NCBI GenBank assembly: GCA_964545895.1 | Contig: CAZJHS010000003.1 | Location: 4,421-68,420 of the forward strand | Length of the DNA: 64,000 nt | Direction of reading: 5' to 3' | Source of the DNA: an uncultured Chitinophaga sp. | Lineage (GTDB): Bacteria > Bacteroidota > Bacteroidia > UKL13-3 | Program-made: the position numbers and the translations under genes | The notes under the pieces: model-generated | The model's input: the letters and a program-made list of their open reading frames with translations, nothing else | Databases searched by the model: none | What the model was told of the DNA's origin: nothing | Shown here: positions 46,516-56,993 of the stretch, one piece after another | Position numbering within the stretch: position 1 is the first letter of the stretch | Layout of the letters: the number at the start of each line of letters is the position of its first letter

Positions 46516-47772
46516 ATGAAAGAAGAATTACTCCACTACATTTGGCAGCAAAAAGTACTGCTAAACAAAACGCTAAAAACCACCACAGGCAAACAAATTG
46601 AAGTAGTTAAAACGGGATCGCTGAATACAGATGCAGGGCCCGATTTTTTTAACGCACGCATTAAAATTGATGATACTTTGTGGGCGGGTAATGTTGAAAT
46701 ACATCTAAAAAGTAGCGATTGGATTAAGCATAAACATCATACAGATAAAGCCTACAACAATGTAATTTTACATGTGGTTTTTGAGCACGATGCAGAATTA
46801 AATATTCCTACGCTTGAACTTAAAAATTATATTAGTGATGCCTTGCTTAGTGCTTACAAAACCTTGCTACAAGACGCATCTCGTGTGCCTTGCCAAAACA
46901 TATTAAGTTTACCCGATGAGTTTAAGCTCAATCAATTTTTACACCGCCTAGCCGTTGAGCGTTTAGAAGAAAAATGCATTGTTCTTGAGCAGCAACTTAA
47001 GCAGTATCAAAACAGTTGGGAAAAACTTTTTTATGTAACAACTGCCAAGTATTTTGGTATGAAAGTAAACGCAGAACCATTTGTACAACTGGCACAAAAT
47101 CTTCCTGCATCACTACTGGCAAAACACAAACATAACTCCGCACAAATAGATAGTTTAATTTTTGGCGTAGGCGGTTTTTTACCCGTTAATAACCCCGATG
47201 AATATAGCACATTACTTTACCGAGAGTTTTCTTTTTTACAAACAAAATACGGCTTACCGCAATTAGAAAAAAGTGCTTGGAAATTTGCTAAAACTCGTCC
47301 TGCTAATTTCCCAACTATAAGGTTAGCACAGTTCTCGGCACTCGTTTTTCAATCGGTACACTTGTTCAGTAAAATGATGCAAGCATCAACATTAACCGAA
47401 GCCAAAAAACTACTTGCAGTTAGCACCTCAGAAAAGTTAAATTTAAATGCGCTACACCATGCTAATCATATACAAAAACCAGTTATGGGCGAACAATTTT
47501 TAAGTCATTTAATCATCAATGCAATTATTCCTATTAAGTTTTTGTATGGTAAACACATGCTTAACGAAACCCTTTGCGAGCAAGCCCTAACTTGGCTTGA
47601 AGAGTTAGCGCCCGAAAACAATACAGTTACAAAATTTTGGAAAGGATACGGAATTAGTGCGCCACAGGCCTTACATTCGCAAGCATTAATACAATTACAT
47701 CAAAACTACTGCCTTAAACATCAGTGTTTAACATGTGTAATTGGCAATCATATTTTATATAAACATGTATAA
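46516..47772 (+). CDS. DUF2851 family protein
   Basis: 418 aa with the N-terminus MKEELLHYIWQQKVL and VEIHLKSSDWIKHKHH, which are characteristic of DUF2851 as I recall it. Confidence 0.75.
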   Translation: MKEELLHYIWQQKVLLNKTLKTTTGKQIEVVKTGSLNTDAGPDFFNARIKIDDTLWAGNVEIHLKSSDWIKHKHHTDKAYNNVILHVVFEHDAELNIPTLELKNYISDALLSAYKTLLQDASRVPCQNILSLPDEFKLNQFLHRLAVERLEEKCIVLEQQLKQYQNSWEKLFYVTTAKYFGMKVNAEPFVQLAQNLPASLLAKHKHNSAQIDSLIFGVGGFLPVNNPDEYSTLLYREFSFLQTKYGLPQLEKSAWKFAKTRPANFPTIRLAQFSALVFQSVHLFSKMMQASTLTEAKKLLAVSTSEKLNLNALHHANHIQKPVMGEQFLSHLIINAIIPIKFLYGKHMLNETLCEQALTWLEELAPENNTVTKFWKGYGISAPQALHSQALIQLHQNYCLKHQCLTCVIGNHILYKHV

Positions 47773-48301
47773 ATACATTATCGCAATTTGTGTTATTACG
47801 TTTTGCCTAAAAAGCAGTCAAGCGCAAAATTTATTGTTTGTAAATAAAGCGCAAAACAAAACCATCACAGTAAAAGTTGGCGCTAAATTATTTTTAGGTT
47901 ATAGAGGCTATAATGGCAACACAGAGTTTGCAACCAATACCGTATACGAAATTACTGACAGCACAATTACTTTTGGTATCAACCCAGAATATATGCCTTT
48001 TAAACGCAAACCATCTGCAGCAACCAATCAATACAAAATAGTTAGGCTTAAAGATATTACTCATTTTAGAAAACGTAGCCTTGGCGGACAACTAACTAAA
48101 GATTTGCTAAGAACAGGCGCAGCCATTGGTTCGGTTTTTTTATTAAGTGATTTGTATAGAAACAGCAATATAAGCAGAGGCAACGCGTTTCTTATTTCAT
48201 TGGGAGTAGGTGTTGCAACCAATTTAGGCATAAAACTAATGTTTCCAGAAAATGCCAAACACGCCATTTCCGATGGTTGGCAAATTGTGGTGCAATATTA
48301 A
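47765..48301 (+). CDS. Secreted/membrane hypothetical protein
   Basis: It has a signal peptide from the ATG at 47765 (MYKYIIAICVITFCLKSSQAQ). It overlaps the previous stop by 8 nt. Confidence 0.55.
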   Translation: MYKYIIAICVITFCLKSSQAQNLLFVNKAQNKTITVKVGAKLFLGYRGYNGNTEFATNTVYEITDSTITFGINPEYMPFKRKPSAATNQYKIVRLKDITHFRKRSLGGQLTKDLLRTGAAIGSVFLLSDLYRNSNISRGNAFLISLGVGVATNLGIKLMFPENAKHAISDGWQIVVQY

Positions 48302-48356
48302 ATTTTTGACACATGCTTGAAATAAACACAACTCTGCTAAATTTGTAAGCATAACA

Positions 48357-48572
48357 ATGGAAAAACTAAAATACTTTGTGGAGCAATACGCATTTGGCGT
48401 TTGTAGTTATTTAGGCGATAAGCTTGGAATAGCTTCTTCACGTATTAGACTGTATTTTATTTACACCTCGTTTATTACCATGGGCTCGCCAATAATTATT
48501 TATTTAATTATTGCCTTTTGGCTTAACCTTAAAAAGTATGTAAGGCAGCATTTAAAGCCTTGGGAGCTGTAG
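48357..48572 (+). CDS. PspC domain-containing small membrane protein
   Basis: FGVCSYLGDKLGIASSRIRLYFIYTSF followed by a TM helix. Confidence 0.7.
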   Translation: MEKLKYFVEQYAFGVCSYLGDKLGIASSRIRLYFIYTSFITMGSPIIIYLIIAFWLNLKKYVRQHLKPWEL

Positions 48573-48598
48573 CAAACACCCTTTAATCTTTCTCTTTA

Positions 48599-49711
48599 GT
48601 GAAAAAACCAGCCATTATTTTTGCAACCTTATCGGTTTACATTATTGCGGCATTTGCATGGTGGACGTACGCTCACATTGATGCACGTAAACAAATTTAT
48701 GAGCAAGAGCTTGATAAATTGGCATTGCTTCCCCATAAATCAACCTTAGATTTAAGAGCCTGTGTAGACCAAGAAATGTTTAGGGATACCAACGATATTA
48801 AAAACTACTTTAACATCAATTACCCTCAGCTAAGCATTCAGTTTGCCGAAGACCAAGATCCCATGTATAACTATGCCATCATGCCAAGCCAACAAGCGGT
48901 AGATGAAATAGAAACCCGTTACAAGCGTAAAACCATGATGTATGGACTTGAAGGCGTGGTAATGGTTGTCTTATTATTTTGGGGTATTATTTTAATTTAC
49001 AGAAGCCAGCAAAGCAAGCTTTTGTTAAACAAACAGCAGCGTAATTTCTTACTTTCAATTACGCACGAGCTAAAAACACCACTAGCCTCTATAAAGCTAT
49101 ATTTAGAAACGCTGATTAAAAGACCCAATTTAGAGCGAGAGCAAGTAGAGACTATGATGCAAAACTCGTTAAGTGATGTGGGTCGTTTGCGCGAATTGGT
49201 AGAGAACTTGCTTTTAGCAGCACAATTAGACTCACACAAGTTTCACCTTACTTTTCAGGAAGCTAATTTATCTGATTTAGTTACGGATACAGCAGAAAAA
49301 TACGCCCTACCGCGTAATATGCAGGGTCGCTTAAACTTACAGGTAGAACCTGGCATTACCGCTAAAGTAGACCCAATTGCTTTTGAGATGATTATAACCA
49401 ACTTACTTAGCAATGCTTTTAAGTATTCGCCTAAAGATAAAACAGTTACAGTAAAACTTCATAAAACATCAACCCAAATTAAATTTTGCGTGATTGACGA
49501 AGGCGAAGGAATTACCGAGGCAGACAAAAAACATTTATTTGATAAGTTTTACCGGGCCGAAGACGAGAATATCCGCAAAAGCAAAGGCACTGGCCTTGGC
49601 TTGTTTATAGTTAAAACACTGGTAAATTTACATCATGCACAAATTGTTGCAACCGATAACACCCCAAATGGGTCTATGTTTGAAATAACATTAAACTCAA
49701 ATGCAGCATAG
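48599..49711 (+). CDS. Sensor histidine kinase
   Basis: It has two TM helices, an H-box SITHELKTPLASI, an N-box LLSNAFKYS and a G-box GTGLGLFIVK. The start is a GTG. Confidence 0.9.
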   Translation: MKKPAIIFATLSVYIIAAFAWWTYAHIDARKQIYEQELDKLALLPHKSTLDLRACVDQEMFRDTNDIKNYFNINYPQLSIQFAEDQDPMYNYAIMPSQQAVDEIETRYKRKTMMYGLEGVVMVVLLFWGIILIYRSQQSKLLLNKQQRNFLLSITHELKTPLASIKLYLETLIKRPNLEREQVETMMQNSLSDVGRLRELVENLLLAAQLDSHKFHLTFQEANLSDLVTDTAEKYALPRNMQGRLNLQVEPGITAKVDPIAFEMIITNLLSNAFKYSPKDKTVTVKLHKTSTQIKFCVIDEGEGITEADKKHLFDKFYRAEDENIRKSKGTGLGLFIVKTLVNLHHAQIVATDNTPNGSMFEITLNSNAA

Positions 49712-50402
49712 AATATTACTAGTAGAAGACGAAGAGCATTTACAACATGCTATTAAATTAAACCTTGAACTAGAGGGGTATACTGTAAGTGCAGTAGGAA
49801 ATGGCGCTACTGCCATGAAAACATTTAGGGAAGAAAAGTTTGACTTAGTTATTTTGGACATTATGCTACCCGAAGCTGATGGCTTAATGGTATGCGAAAA
49901 CATCAGACTACATGATGCCAATGTGCCTGTAATGTTCCTATCGGCCAAAAATACTGCCGCTGATAGGGTACTTGGTTTAAAAAAGGGTGGAGATGATTAC
50001 ATGACCAAGCCTTTTGATTTAGAAGAACTTTTACTGCGCGTTAAAAAGCTAATTGAAAAAAACAGCCGCATACTTCAACAAACAGAAAATAAATTAGGCG
50101 GTACCTTTCAATTTGGACCAAACTGGATAAACTTCGAAAGTTATGAGGCTCAAGGAATTAACGGAAAAATAGATTTAACCAAAAAAGAAATTCTGCTCAT
50201 GAAACTCTTGATAGAGAGTAAGAATCAGGTAGTTAGCCGCGAGCATATTTTAAAAGTAGTTTGGGATTACACGGTAATACCCAATACCCGCACTATCGAT
50301 AATTTCATTTTGGCACTTCGTAAATACTTCGAAAAAGATCCAAAAGACCCACAATACATCCAAAGTGTGCGCGGAGTTGGCTATAAATTTGTGATGGAAT
50401 AA
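49701..50402 (+). CDS. OmpR/PhoB-type response regulator
   Basis: It has a receiver domain (LVILDIMLPEADG, K at MTKPF) and a winged helix (VRGVGYKF). It overlaps the HK gene by 11 nt. Confidence 0.9.
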   Translation: MQHRILLVEDEEHLQHAIKLNLELEGYTVSAVGNGATAMKTFREEKFDLVILDIMLPEADGLMVCENIRLHDANVPVMFLSAKNTAADRVLGLKKGGDDYMTKPFDLEELLLRVKKLIEKNSRILQQTENKLGGTFQFGPNWINFESYEAQGINGKIDLTKKEILLMKLLIESKNQVVSREHILKVVWDYTVIPNTRTIDNFILALRKYFEKDPKDPQYIQSVRGVGYKFVME

Positions 50403-50508
50403 TGGGTGTAACCCAACAGCATCGCGTATTAGCACCAACAAAAGGATGAAACAAAGTGTTTTCTTTAATATTTTTACACATTTTGTTGTGAATTATAAAA
50501 TGATGCCG

Positions 50509-50516
50509 TACTTTTG
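50509..50516 (+). promoter_or_regulatory. Bacteroidetes -7 promoter box (TAnnTTTG) upstream of rplM
   Basis: TACTTTTG lies 28 nt upstream of the rplM start. Confidence 0.4.
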
Positions 50517-50543
50517 CCACCCCGAAAACTAAACTTATAGGTT

Positions 50544-50987
50544 GTGGATACATTAAGTTACAAAACAAAATCGGCCAATAAAGCTACTGTTACTAAAGAG
50601 TGGTTTGTGTTTGATGCGGAAGGCCAAACAGTTGGACGTTTTGCCACGAAATTGGCAAACATTTTAAGAGGTAAGCACAAGACGAGCTTTACGCCTCACG
50701 TAGATTGCGGTGACAACGTAATTATTATCAATGCTGATAAAATTCGTTTCACAGGTAATAAAATGAACGACAAAGAATACGTGTTCTATTCAGGTCATCC
50801 TGGTGGACAACGTTTTGTATCAGCTAAAAACATGATGCAAAAACGTCCTACCTATGCCGTAGAACATGCTATTGAAGGTATGTTACCAAACAATAAACTT
50901 GGTCGCGAAATCTTCAGAAATCTTTTCGTTTACGCTGGTGGCGAGCACCCGCACGCTGCACAACAACCAAAAGAATTAAAATTCTAA
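50544..50987 (+). CDS. rplM: 50S ribosomal protein L13
   Basis: KEWFVFDAEGQTVGRFATKLANILRGKHK. Confidence 0.95.
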   Translation: MDTLSYKTKSANKATVTKEWFVFDAEGQTVGRFATKLANILRGKHKTSFTPHVDCGDNVIIINADKIRFTGNKMNDKEYVFYSGHPGGQRFVSAKNMMQKRPTYAVEHAIEGMLPNNKLGREIFRNLFVYAGGEHPHAAQQPKELKF

Positions 50988-50990
50988 GAA

Positions 50991-51377
50991 ATGGAAGTTA
51001 TAAACGCATTAGGTAGAAGAAAAACTTCAATTGCTCGTGTATACATTACACCGGGTACTGGTAAGTTTGAAGTGAATGGTCGTGAGTCTAAGACTTACTT
51101 TCCTACAGTAGTATTGCAACACAGCATTTTCCAACCATTTGAAGTTACAAGCACAATGGGTCAGTTTGACGTAAAGTGTAATGTAAACGGTGGTGGTGTT
51201 GCTGGTCAAGCAGATGCTATTAAATTAGGTGTTGCACGTGCATTAGTTGCACACAACCCAGAATTGAAACCAGCTTTAAAGGCAGAAGGTTTAATGACAC
51301 GTGATCCTCGTATGGTTGAGCGTAAAAAACCAGGTCAGAAGAAAGCTCGTAAACGTTTCCAATTCGTTAAACGTTAA
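50991..51377 (+). CDS. rpsI: 30S ribosomal protein S9
   Basis: GRRKTSIARV...RDPRMVERKKPGQKKARKRFQFVKR. Confidence 0.95.
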   Translation: MEVINALGRRKTSIARVYITPGTGKFEVNGRESKTYFPTVVLQHSIFQPFEVTSTMGQFDVKCNVNGGGVAGQADAIKLGVARALVAHNPELKPALKAEGLMTRDPRMVERKKPGQKKARKRFQFVKR

Positions 51378-51401
51378 TCTTTATTTAGTAATAAAAGTAA
51401 T

Positions 51402-52142
51402 ATGTCACAAATCACACAACAAGAGTTGTTGGAAGCGGGCGTGCACTTCGGTCACTTAACCCGCAAATGGAATCCAAAGATGGCTCCGTATATTTTTATG
51501 GAGAAAAACGGAATCCACCTTATCGATCTTAACAAAACTGCTGTTAAGTTAGAAGAGGCCGCACATGCCATCAAAAACATTGTAAAATCAGGTCGTAAAA
51601 TCCTTTTCGTAGCTACTAAAAAGCAAGCTAAAGAAATGATTGAAAACGAAGCTAAGCGCGTAAACATGCCTTTTATAACCGAGCGTTGGTTAGGTGGTAT
51701 GTTAACAAACTTTACAACTGTTCGTAAATCAATCAAAAAACTACAAACGTTAGATAAAATGGCTGTTGATGGCACTTATGCCAACATGGCTAAAAAAGAA
51801 CGTTTAATGGTTGAGCGTGAAAAAGAAAAATTACGCAGAGTATTAGGCGGTATTGCCGACCTAAATCGTTTACCTGCTGCATTGTTTATCGTAGATATCA
51901 AGCGTGAGCACATCGCCATTGCAGAAGCACACAAACTAAATATCCCAACCTTTGCTATGGTTGATACCAACTCAGATCCAACTCTAGTTGACTATGCAAT
52001 CCCTGCAAATGATGATGCTGCAAAATCAATCGCTTTGATAGCACGAGTTATTACTGACGCTATCGCTGAAGGTTTATCAGAACGTAAAAAAGAAAAAGAC
52101 GAGACTGATAAAGAAAAAGTTGAAGAAACAACAGAAGCATAA
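51402..52142 (+). CDS. rpsB: 30S ribosomal protein S2
   Basis: [10 protein letters not shown]...[10 protein letters not shown]...VDTNSDP. Confidence 0.95.
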   Translation: MSQITQQELLEAGVHFGHLTRKWNPKMAPYIFMEKNGIHLIDLNKTAVKLEEAAHAIKNIVKSGRKILFVATKKQAKEMIENEAKRVNMPFITERWLGGMLTNFTTVRKSIKKLQTLDKMAVDGTYANMAKKERLMVEREKEKLRRVLGGIADLNRLPAALFIVDIKREHIAIAEAHKLNIPTFAMVDTNSDPTLVDYAIPANDDAAKSIALIARVITDAIAEGLSERKKEKDETDKEKVEETTEA

Positions 52143-52150
52143 ATCTTAAC

Positions 52151-52176
52151 AAAATCGGCCCACAAGGCCGATTTTT
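52151..52176 (+). terminator. Rho-independent terminator/attenuator after rpsB
   Basis: aaatcggcc-cacaa-ggccgattttt. Confidence 0.65.
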
Positions 52177-52223
52177 GTATAGACAAAAAGTTAAATAATT
52201 AATCATAATAAAATTTATATACA

Positions 52224-53054
52224 ATGAGTACTATTAGTGCTGCAGATGTTAACAAATTGCGCCAAATGACCGGTGCAGGTATGATGGATTGCAAAAAAGC
52301 TCTTACTGAAAGTAATGGTGATTTTGAAGCCGCTGTAGATTTTTTACGTAAAAAAGGTGCTAAAGTTAGCGCTGCTCGTGCAGACAGAGATGCTAAAGAA
52401 GGTGCTATTATTGCTAAAACTTCTAGCGACAGAAAATTGGGTATCATTATCCAATTAAGCTGCGAAACTGATTTCGTTGCTAAAAACGAAGATTTCGTGA
52501 AATTTGCTAACAGCATTGCTGATTTAGCATTGGCTCACAAACCAGCTACTGCTGATGCATTAAAAGCATTAGACATGGATGGTCAACCATTAAGCGAGCG
52601 TTTAATGGAACAAGTGGGTAAAATTGGCGAGAAAATAGATGTAGTTAAATACGAAATTGTTGAAGCTGCTAACTTAGTTGCTTACATACATGGTGCTAAC
52701 CGTTTAGCTGTATTGGTAGCGTTAAACAACGAACCAACTGAAGCTAACTTTGTAGCTGGTAAAGATGCTGCTATGCAAGTTGCTGCATTAAACCCTGCTG
52801 CGGTTGATAAAGACGGTGTTGATTCAACTATCATCGAGCGTGAATTAGAGATTGCTAAAGACCAAGTACGTGCTGAAGGCAAACCTGAAAACATGATCGA
52901 AAAAATTGCTCAAGGTAAATTAGCTAAGTTCTACAAAGATTCTACTTTATTAAACCAAGAGTTTGTAAAAGACGGAAGCTTAACAGTGGCTCAAATGCTT
53001 GAAAAAGCAGAAAAAGGCTTAACTGTAACCTTATTCAAGCGTGTTTCGCTTTAA
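52224..53054 (+). CDS. tsf: Elongation factor Ts
   Basis: LRQMTGAGMMDCKKAL...ETDFVAKNEDF. Confidence 0.95.
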   Translation: MSTISAADVNKLRQMTGAGMMDCKKALTESNGDFEAAVDFLRKKGAKVSAARADRDAKEGAIIAKTSSDRKLGIIIQLSCETDFVAKNEDFVKFANSIADLALAHKPATADALKALDMDGQPLSERLMEQVGKIGEKIDVVKYEIVEAANLVAYIHGANRLAVLVALNNEPTEANFVAGKDAAMQVAALNPAAVDKDGVDSTIIERELEIAKDQVRAEGKPENMIEKIAQGKLAKFYKDSTLLNQEFVKDGSLTVAQMLEKAEKGLTVTLFKRVSL

Positions 53055-53086
53055 TATTCATTGTGGTTGATTGTTAAAATCAACTC

Positions 53087-53117
53087 AAAAAGTCGCCTCC
53101 AAAGGGCGACTTTTTTT
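53087..53117 (+). terminator. Rho-independent terminator after tsf
   Basis: aaaaagtcgcc-tccaaag-ggcgacttttttt. Confidence 0.75.
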
Positions 53118-53153
53118 ATAGTTCAATTAATCAGAAAATAGTACAGCCTCTAT

Positions 53154-53161
53154 TATCTTTG
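53154..53161 (+). promoter_or_regulatory. Bacteroidetes -7 promoter box upstream of prfC
   Basis: TATCTTTG lies 26 nt upstream of the ATG at 53187. Confidence 0.35.
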
Positions 53162-53186
53162 AGGCCGTTTATACAACCCATTTTAC

Positions 53187-54773
53187 ATGAGCACAATTCA
53201 ACCCGAATTACTAAAACGCAGAACATTTGGTATTATTAGCCACCCCGATGCTGGTAAAACTACCCTAACCGAAAAATTTCTTTTGTTTGGTGGTGCTATT
53301 CAAACTGCGGGTGCTGTAAAATCAAACCGAATTAAAAAAGCGGCTACCTCCGATTTTATGGAGATTGAAAAACAGCGTGGTATTTCGGTGGCTACATCTG
53401 TAATGGGTTTTGATTACAAAGACTACAAGGTAAACATTTTAGATACCCCTGGTCACAAGGATTTTGCCGAAGATACTTACCGAACGCTAACTGCTGTGGA
53501 TAGCGTTATTTTGGTGGTTGATTGTGTAAAGGGTGTAGAAGATCAAACCAGAAAACTAATGGAAGTGTGCCGCATGCGCAACACGCCTGTTATTGTTTTT
53601 ATTAATAAATTAGATCGCGAAGGGCAAGATCCTTACGATTTATTAGAAGAAATAGAAAAGGAATTAAACATACATACACGCCCACTTACTTGGCCAATTG
53701 GTATTGGTAGCGATTTTAAAGGCGTATATAATTTGTATGAAAAGAAACTCAACTTATTTCAGCCCGATAAAACCAAAATATCAAAAGAAGTAGTTGAAAT
53801 TAGCGACTTAAATAGCGCTGAACTTGATGAAATTATTGGCACAAAATCGGCTGATAAATTACGTGAGGATGCGGAGCTGATTGAAGGTGTTTACGAACCG
53901 TTTAATACCGACTTATATTTAGAAGGTTATTTAGCGCCAGTATTTTTTGGAAGTGCCATTAACAACTTTGGTATTCAAGAATTGCTTGACACTTTTGTGC
54001 AAATTGCACCAGAGCCACGCAGCCGTTTTACCGAAGAACGTGAAGTTAAACCTGACGAGAAAAACTTTACTGGCTTTATTTTTAAAATACATGCCAACCT
54101 AGATCCTAACCATCGTGATAGGATTGCGTTTTGTAGAATTGTATCGGGTAAATTTGAACGTAACAAGTTTTACCAACACACACGCCTTAGTAAAAAATTA
54201 CGCTTTAGTAACCCTACTAGTTTTATGGCTAACGATAAAAGTGTGATTGATGAAGCCTACCCAGGGGATGTTGTTGGTTTGTATGATAACGGAAACTTTA
54301 AAATTGGCGATACATTAAGTGAAGGCGAAAACATTACGTTTAAAGGTATTCCTAGTTTCTCGCCCGAGATATTTAAGGTGCTTGAAAACAAGGACCCACT
54401 TAAAACCAAACAGCTTGAAAAAGGTATTTTACAGCTTACTGATGAGGGTGTGGCGCAATTGTTTACCCAACAACCCGGCAACATCAGAATTATTGGTACC
54501 GTGGGTGAACTTCAATTTGATGTAATTCAATTTCGTTTGCTACACGAGTACGGTGCATCGTGTGTGTTTAGCCCGCTAAACTATCAAAAAGCTTGCTGGT
54601 TTACCTGCGATGATAAAGCAGAGCTAGAAAGATTTAATGTAATTAAACGCTACAACATTGCAGCCGATAAAGATGGTAGACCTGTATTTTTTGCTGATAG
54701 CATGTGGAGCTTAAAAATGACTCAGGATACGTTTCCTAAAATACAATTCCACTTTACTTCGGAGTTTAAATAA
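53187..54773 (+). CDS. prfC: Peptide chain release factor 3
   Basis: 528 aa with motifs [27 protein letters not shown] and NKLD. Confidence 0.95.
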   Translation: MSTIQPELLKRRTFGIISHPDAGKTTLTEKFLLFGGAIQTAGAVKSNRIKKAATSDFMEIEKQRGISVATSVMGFDYKDYKVNILDTPGHKDFAEDTYRTLTAVDSVILVVDCVKGVEDQTRKLMEVCRMRNTPVIVFINKLDREGQDPYDLLEEIEKELNIHTRPLTWPIGIGSDFKGVYNLYEKKLNLFQPDKTKISKEVVEISDLNSAELDEIIGTKSADKLREDAELIEGVYEPFNTDLYLEGYLAPVFFGSAINNFGIQELLDTFVQIAPEPRSRFTEEREVKPDEKNFTGFIFKIHANLDPNHRDRIAFCRIVSGKFERNKFYQHTRLSKKLRFSNPTSFMANDKSVIDEAYPGDVVGLYDNGNFKIGDTLSEGENITFKGIPSFSPEIFKVLENKDPLKTKQLEKGILQLTDEGVAQLFTQQPGNIRIIGTVGELQFDVIQFRLLHEYGASCVFSPLNYQKACWFTCDDKAELERFNVIKRYNIAADKDGRPVFFADSMWSLKMTQDTFPKIQFHFTSEFK

Positions 54774-54832
54774 GCGATTATTAATCATTCTTTGTTACTT
54801 TGCAACAAGGGTAGTCTTAGCCCCTGGACCAA

Positions 54833-56359
54833 ATGCGCAGTAAACATCCATTTATATTACTTATAATTATAAACTTGCTAGGCTCACCTAGCAAGTTATT
54901 CTCACAAACTAATTTATTGATGGATATTAATTTAAGTGATGATTCACTTGTTATTCCGTCAATCATCCATAATGTTAATAGCAACCTAATAATTGGTTCA
55001 GACATCTTTGTTTATCAAAACAGCTTTTTGTCCTATCAAAATTCTGCTTTGGTTAAAATCAACCAAGGCTCTAACTCTATTGATACAGCAGTAAGTTTAT
55101 ACACGCCATCAGCATTAAAAGAAATAACAGAATTTAAGACTTTCTCAATAATAAATCATAGCAATAATTTAGTTTCCATTCATCGTAAATTTTATCAAGG
55201 CCGAAATCCAGATAATCCAACTATTAGTGTTCTGATTAATTATTATGATTCTAATTTAACATCCATAACTAGTGATACAATTGAACTTATCAATAATGTA
55301 AAGAATCTAAATTTAAATCGCTACAAAATAAGGCTTGTTAATACTGACAGTTTATTTATTTATACCATCGTATACGATTCAACAGATGGTAATCCGCAAA
55401 CAAGATTTATAAACTACAATTACAATAGTAGAACAATATTCAAAAATCGCTTGTATACGGATAACTACTTGTTTGGTTTGGATGCATCTACAATATCACT
55501 AAATAGCAGCAACACTCTTTTTTCTTTTGCCTCTGATAATAATGATTTCGGCAATGTCACATTATTGAGCACTGAAAATCTTGATATCGTTCAAAGAACC
55601 TTCATTCGTAATAAGACAATTTTTAACTCCCCGCTAACTGATAATATAGTATATTGTTTGGATAATGTCAAATTTGACGGTTTTGATTATCTGCTCAATC
55701 TTACTGAAAGTACAAGCTTTGACGAGAACAATAGACTTAGATTGACCTCAAAGTTAAATCTTAAAAAAATTGATTCAAACGGAGTTGTTGTTAACGCTAA
55801 GTGGTTCGATTGTAATGTTCCAAGTAATATTGATTACTCACCATTCTATCGAAATGATTTACGATTCATTACCACTATTGGTGGAAGAATTTATTTTGTT
55901 TATGATCCAGATGTTGGCAATAGCTTTTACATCGCATCAATCGATACCGCATTAAACATTATTTGGTGGAAGGAATATTTCTCGACCTCTTCACAAGTAT
56001 ACCATGTTTGGGATGTAAGCGCAGTTGGTAATTACTTGTATTTTTCAGGTGGTATTACCGATGCAAATAATAAATGGAAAACATTTCTCTTTAAAATAAA
56101 TGAAACTGGGACGTTCACAGGTGTATCTGAAAATCAGATTGTAAGTAAAAGCTACACCATTTTCCCAAATCCAACTAATGATTTTATCATTTTACCCAAA
56201 GGTTCAACCAACTTACAAATATTCGATTTGATTGGTAAACAGTATCACTGTCCAAACAACGCAGATAGTTTTGACCTAAGTGAATTAAAAAGTGGTATTT
56301 ACTTTGTTAAATTCACTCTATCGGGTGAACAACAAATACAACGTATTATAAAACAATAG
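54833..56359 (+). CDS. T9SS C-terminal sorting domain-containing hypothetical protein
   Basis: 508 aa with a signal peptide. It looks AT-rich. The CTD is YTIFPNPTNDFIIL...GIYFVKFTLSGEQQIQRIIKQ. Confidence 0.8.
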   Translation: MRSKHPFILLIIINLLGSPSKLFSQTNLLMDINLSDDSLVIPSIIHNVNSNLIIGSDIFVYQNSFLSYQNSALVKINQGSNSIDTAVSLYTPSALKEITEFKTFSIINHSNNLVSIHRKFYQGRNPDNPTISVLINYYDSNLTSITSDTIELINNVKNLNLNRYKIRLVNTDSLFIYTIVYDSTDGNPQTRFINYNYNSRTIFKNRLYTDNYLFGLDASTISLNSSNTLFSFASDNNDFGNVTLLSTENLDIVQRTFIRNKTIFNSPLTDNIVYCLDNVKFDGFDYLLNLTESTSFDENNRLRLTSKLNLKKIDSNGVVVNAKWFDCNVPSNIDYSPFYRNDLRFITTIGGRIYFVYDPDVGNSFYIASIDTALNIIWWKEYFSTSSQVYHVWDVSAVGNYLYFSGGITDANNKWKTFLFKINETGTFTGVSENQIVSKSYTIFPNPTNDFIILPKGSTNLQIFDLIGKQYHCPNNADSFDLSELKSGIYFVKFTLSGEQQIQRIIKQ

Positions 56360-56984
56360 TCAACCGTTTTAACACCTCTTGTTTCACTTCATGGCCTCCA
56401 TCAAACTCAATAATCTTGGCTTTGAGTTGATGCATTAACGCATACACTTGTTGGTGTTTTTCGGGTGTAATAAACGGATCGTTGTTACCCGTAACATACG
56501 TAATTTTTTTGCTTAAAATTTGGGTTGAAATTGGATTAACCAACTCGGCAGCTAACTCACCGGCATAAATAATAAAATCATCAACCCTAACTGCACTTGC
56601 ATGTATAAACCTTGATGCAGTAGCCACGCCTTGCGAAAAACCTAACACCACTACTTTGCAATGCGCAGGAATTTGTAATGATTGATAAAGCGTTTGTAAA
56701 TAATTGATGTAATCTGCTATTTCAGCTTCTCGGTCTTCGGCAGTCATCCAAGTGGCAACAGGTTTGCCACCAAAACCACGGGCGTAAAATTTATTTAACC
56801 CTTCGGGTGCTACTATAAAGCGCGAACTATCGTTTAACGCTTCAAAATCTTGAATAAAATCTGATGCTAATTGCGCGTAGCCATGTAATACCAACCAAAC
56901 CTCTTGCGTGCTGTCGGTTAATTGACCCAACGTAAAATATCGAGCCGTTTTGGTTACCAATAAGTGATGCGCTTGCATAAGCAA
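56346..56984 (-). CDS. Alpha/beta hydrolase (phospholipase/carboxylesterase-like)
   Basis: 212 aa with LVLHGYAQ and the nucleophile elbow GFSQGV. Confidence 0.7.
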   Translation of the reverse strand: MLMQAHHLLVTKTARYFTLGQLTDSTQEVWLVLHGYAQLASDFIQDFEALNDSSRFIVAPEGLNKFYARGFGGKPVATWMTAEDREAEIADYINYLQTLYQSLQIPAHCKVVVLGFSQGVATASRFIHASAVRVDDFIIYAGELAAELVNPISTQILSKKITYVTGNNDPFITPEKHQQVYALMHQLKAKIIEFDGGHEVKQEVLKRLTIVL

Positions 56985-56993
56985 TGCTAGATA

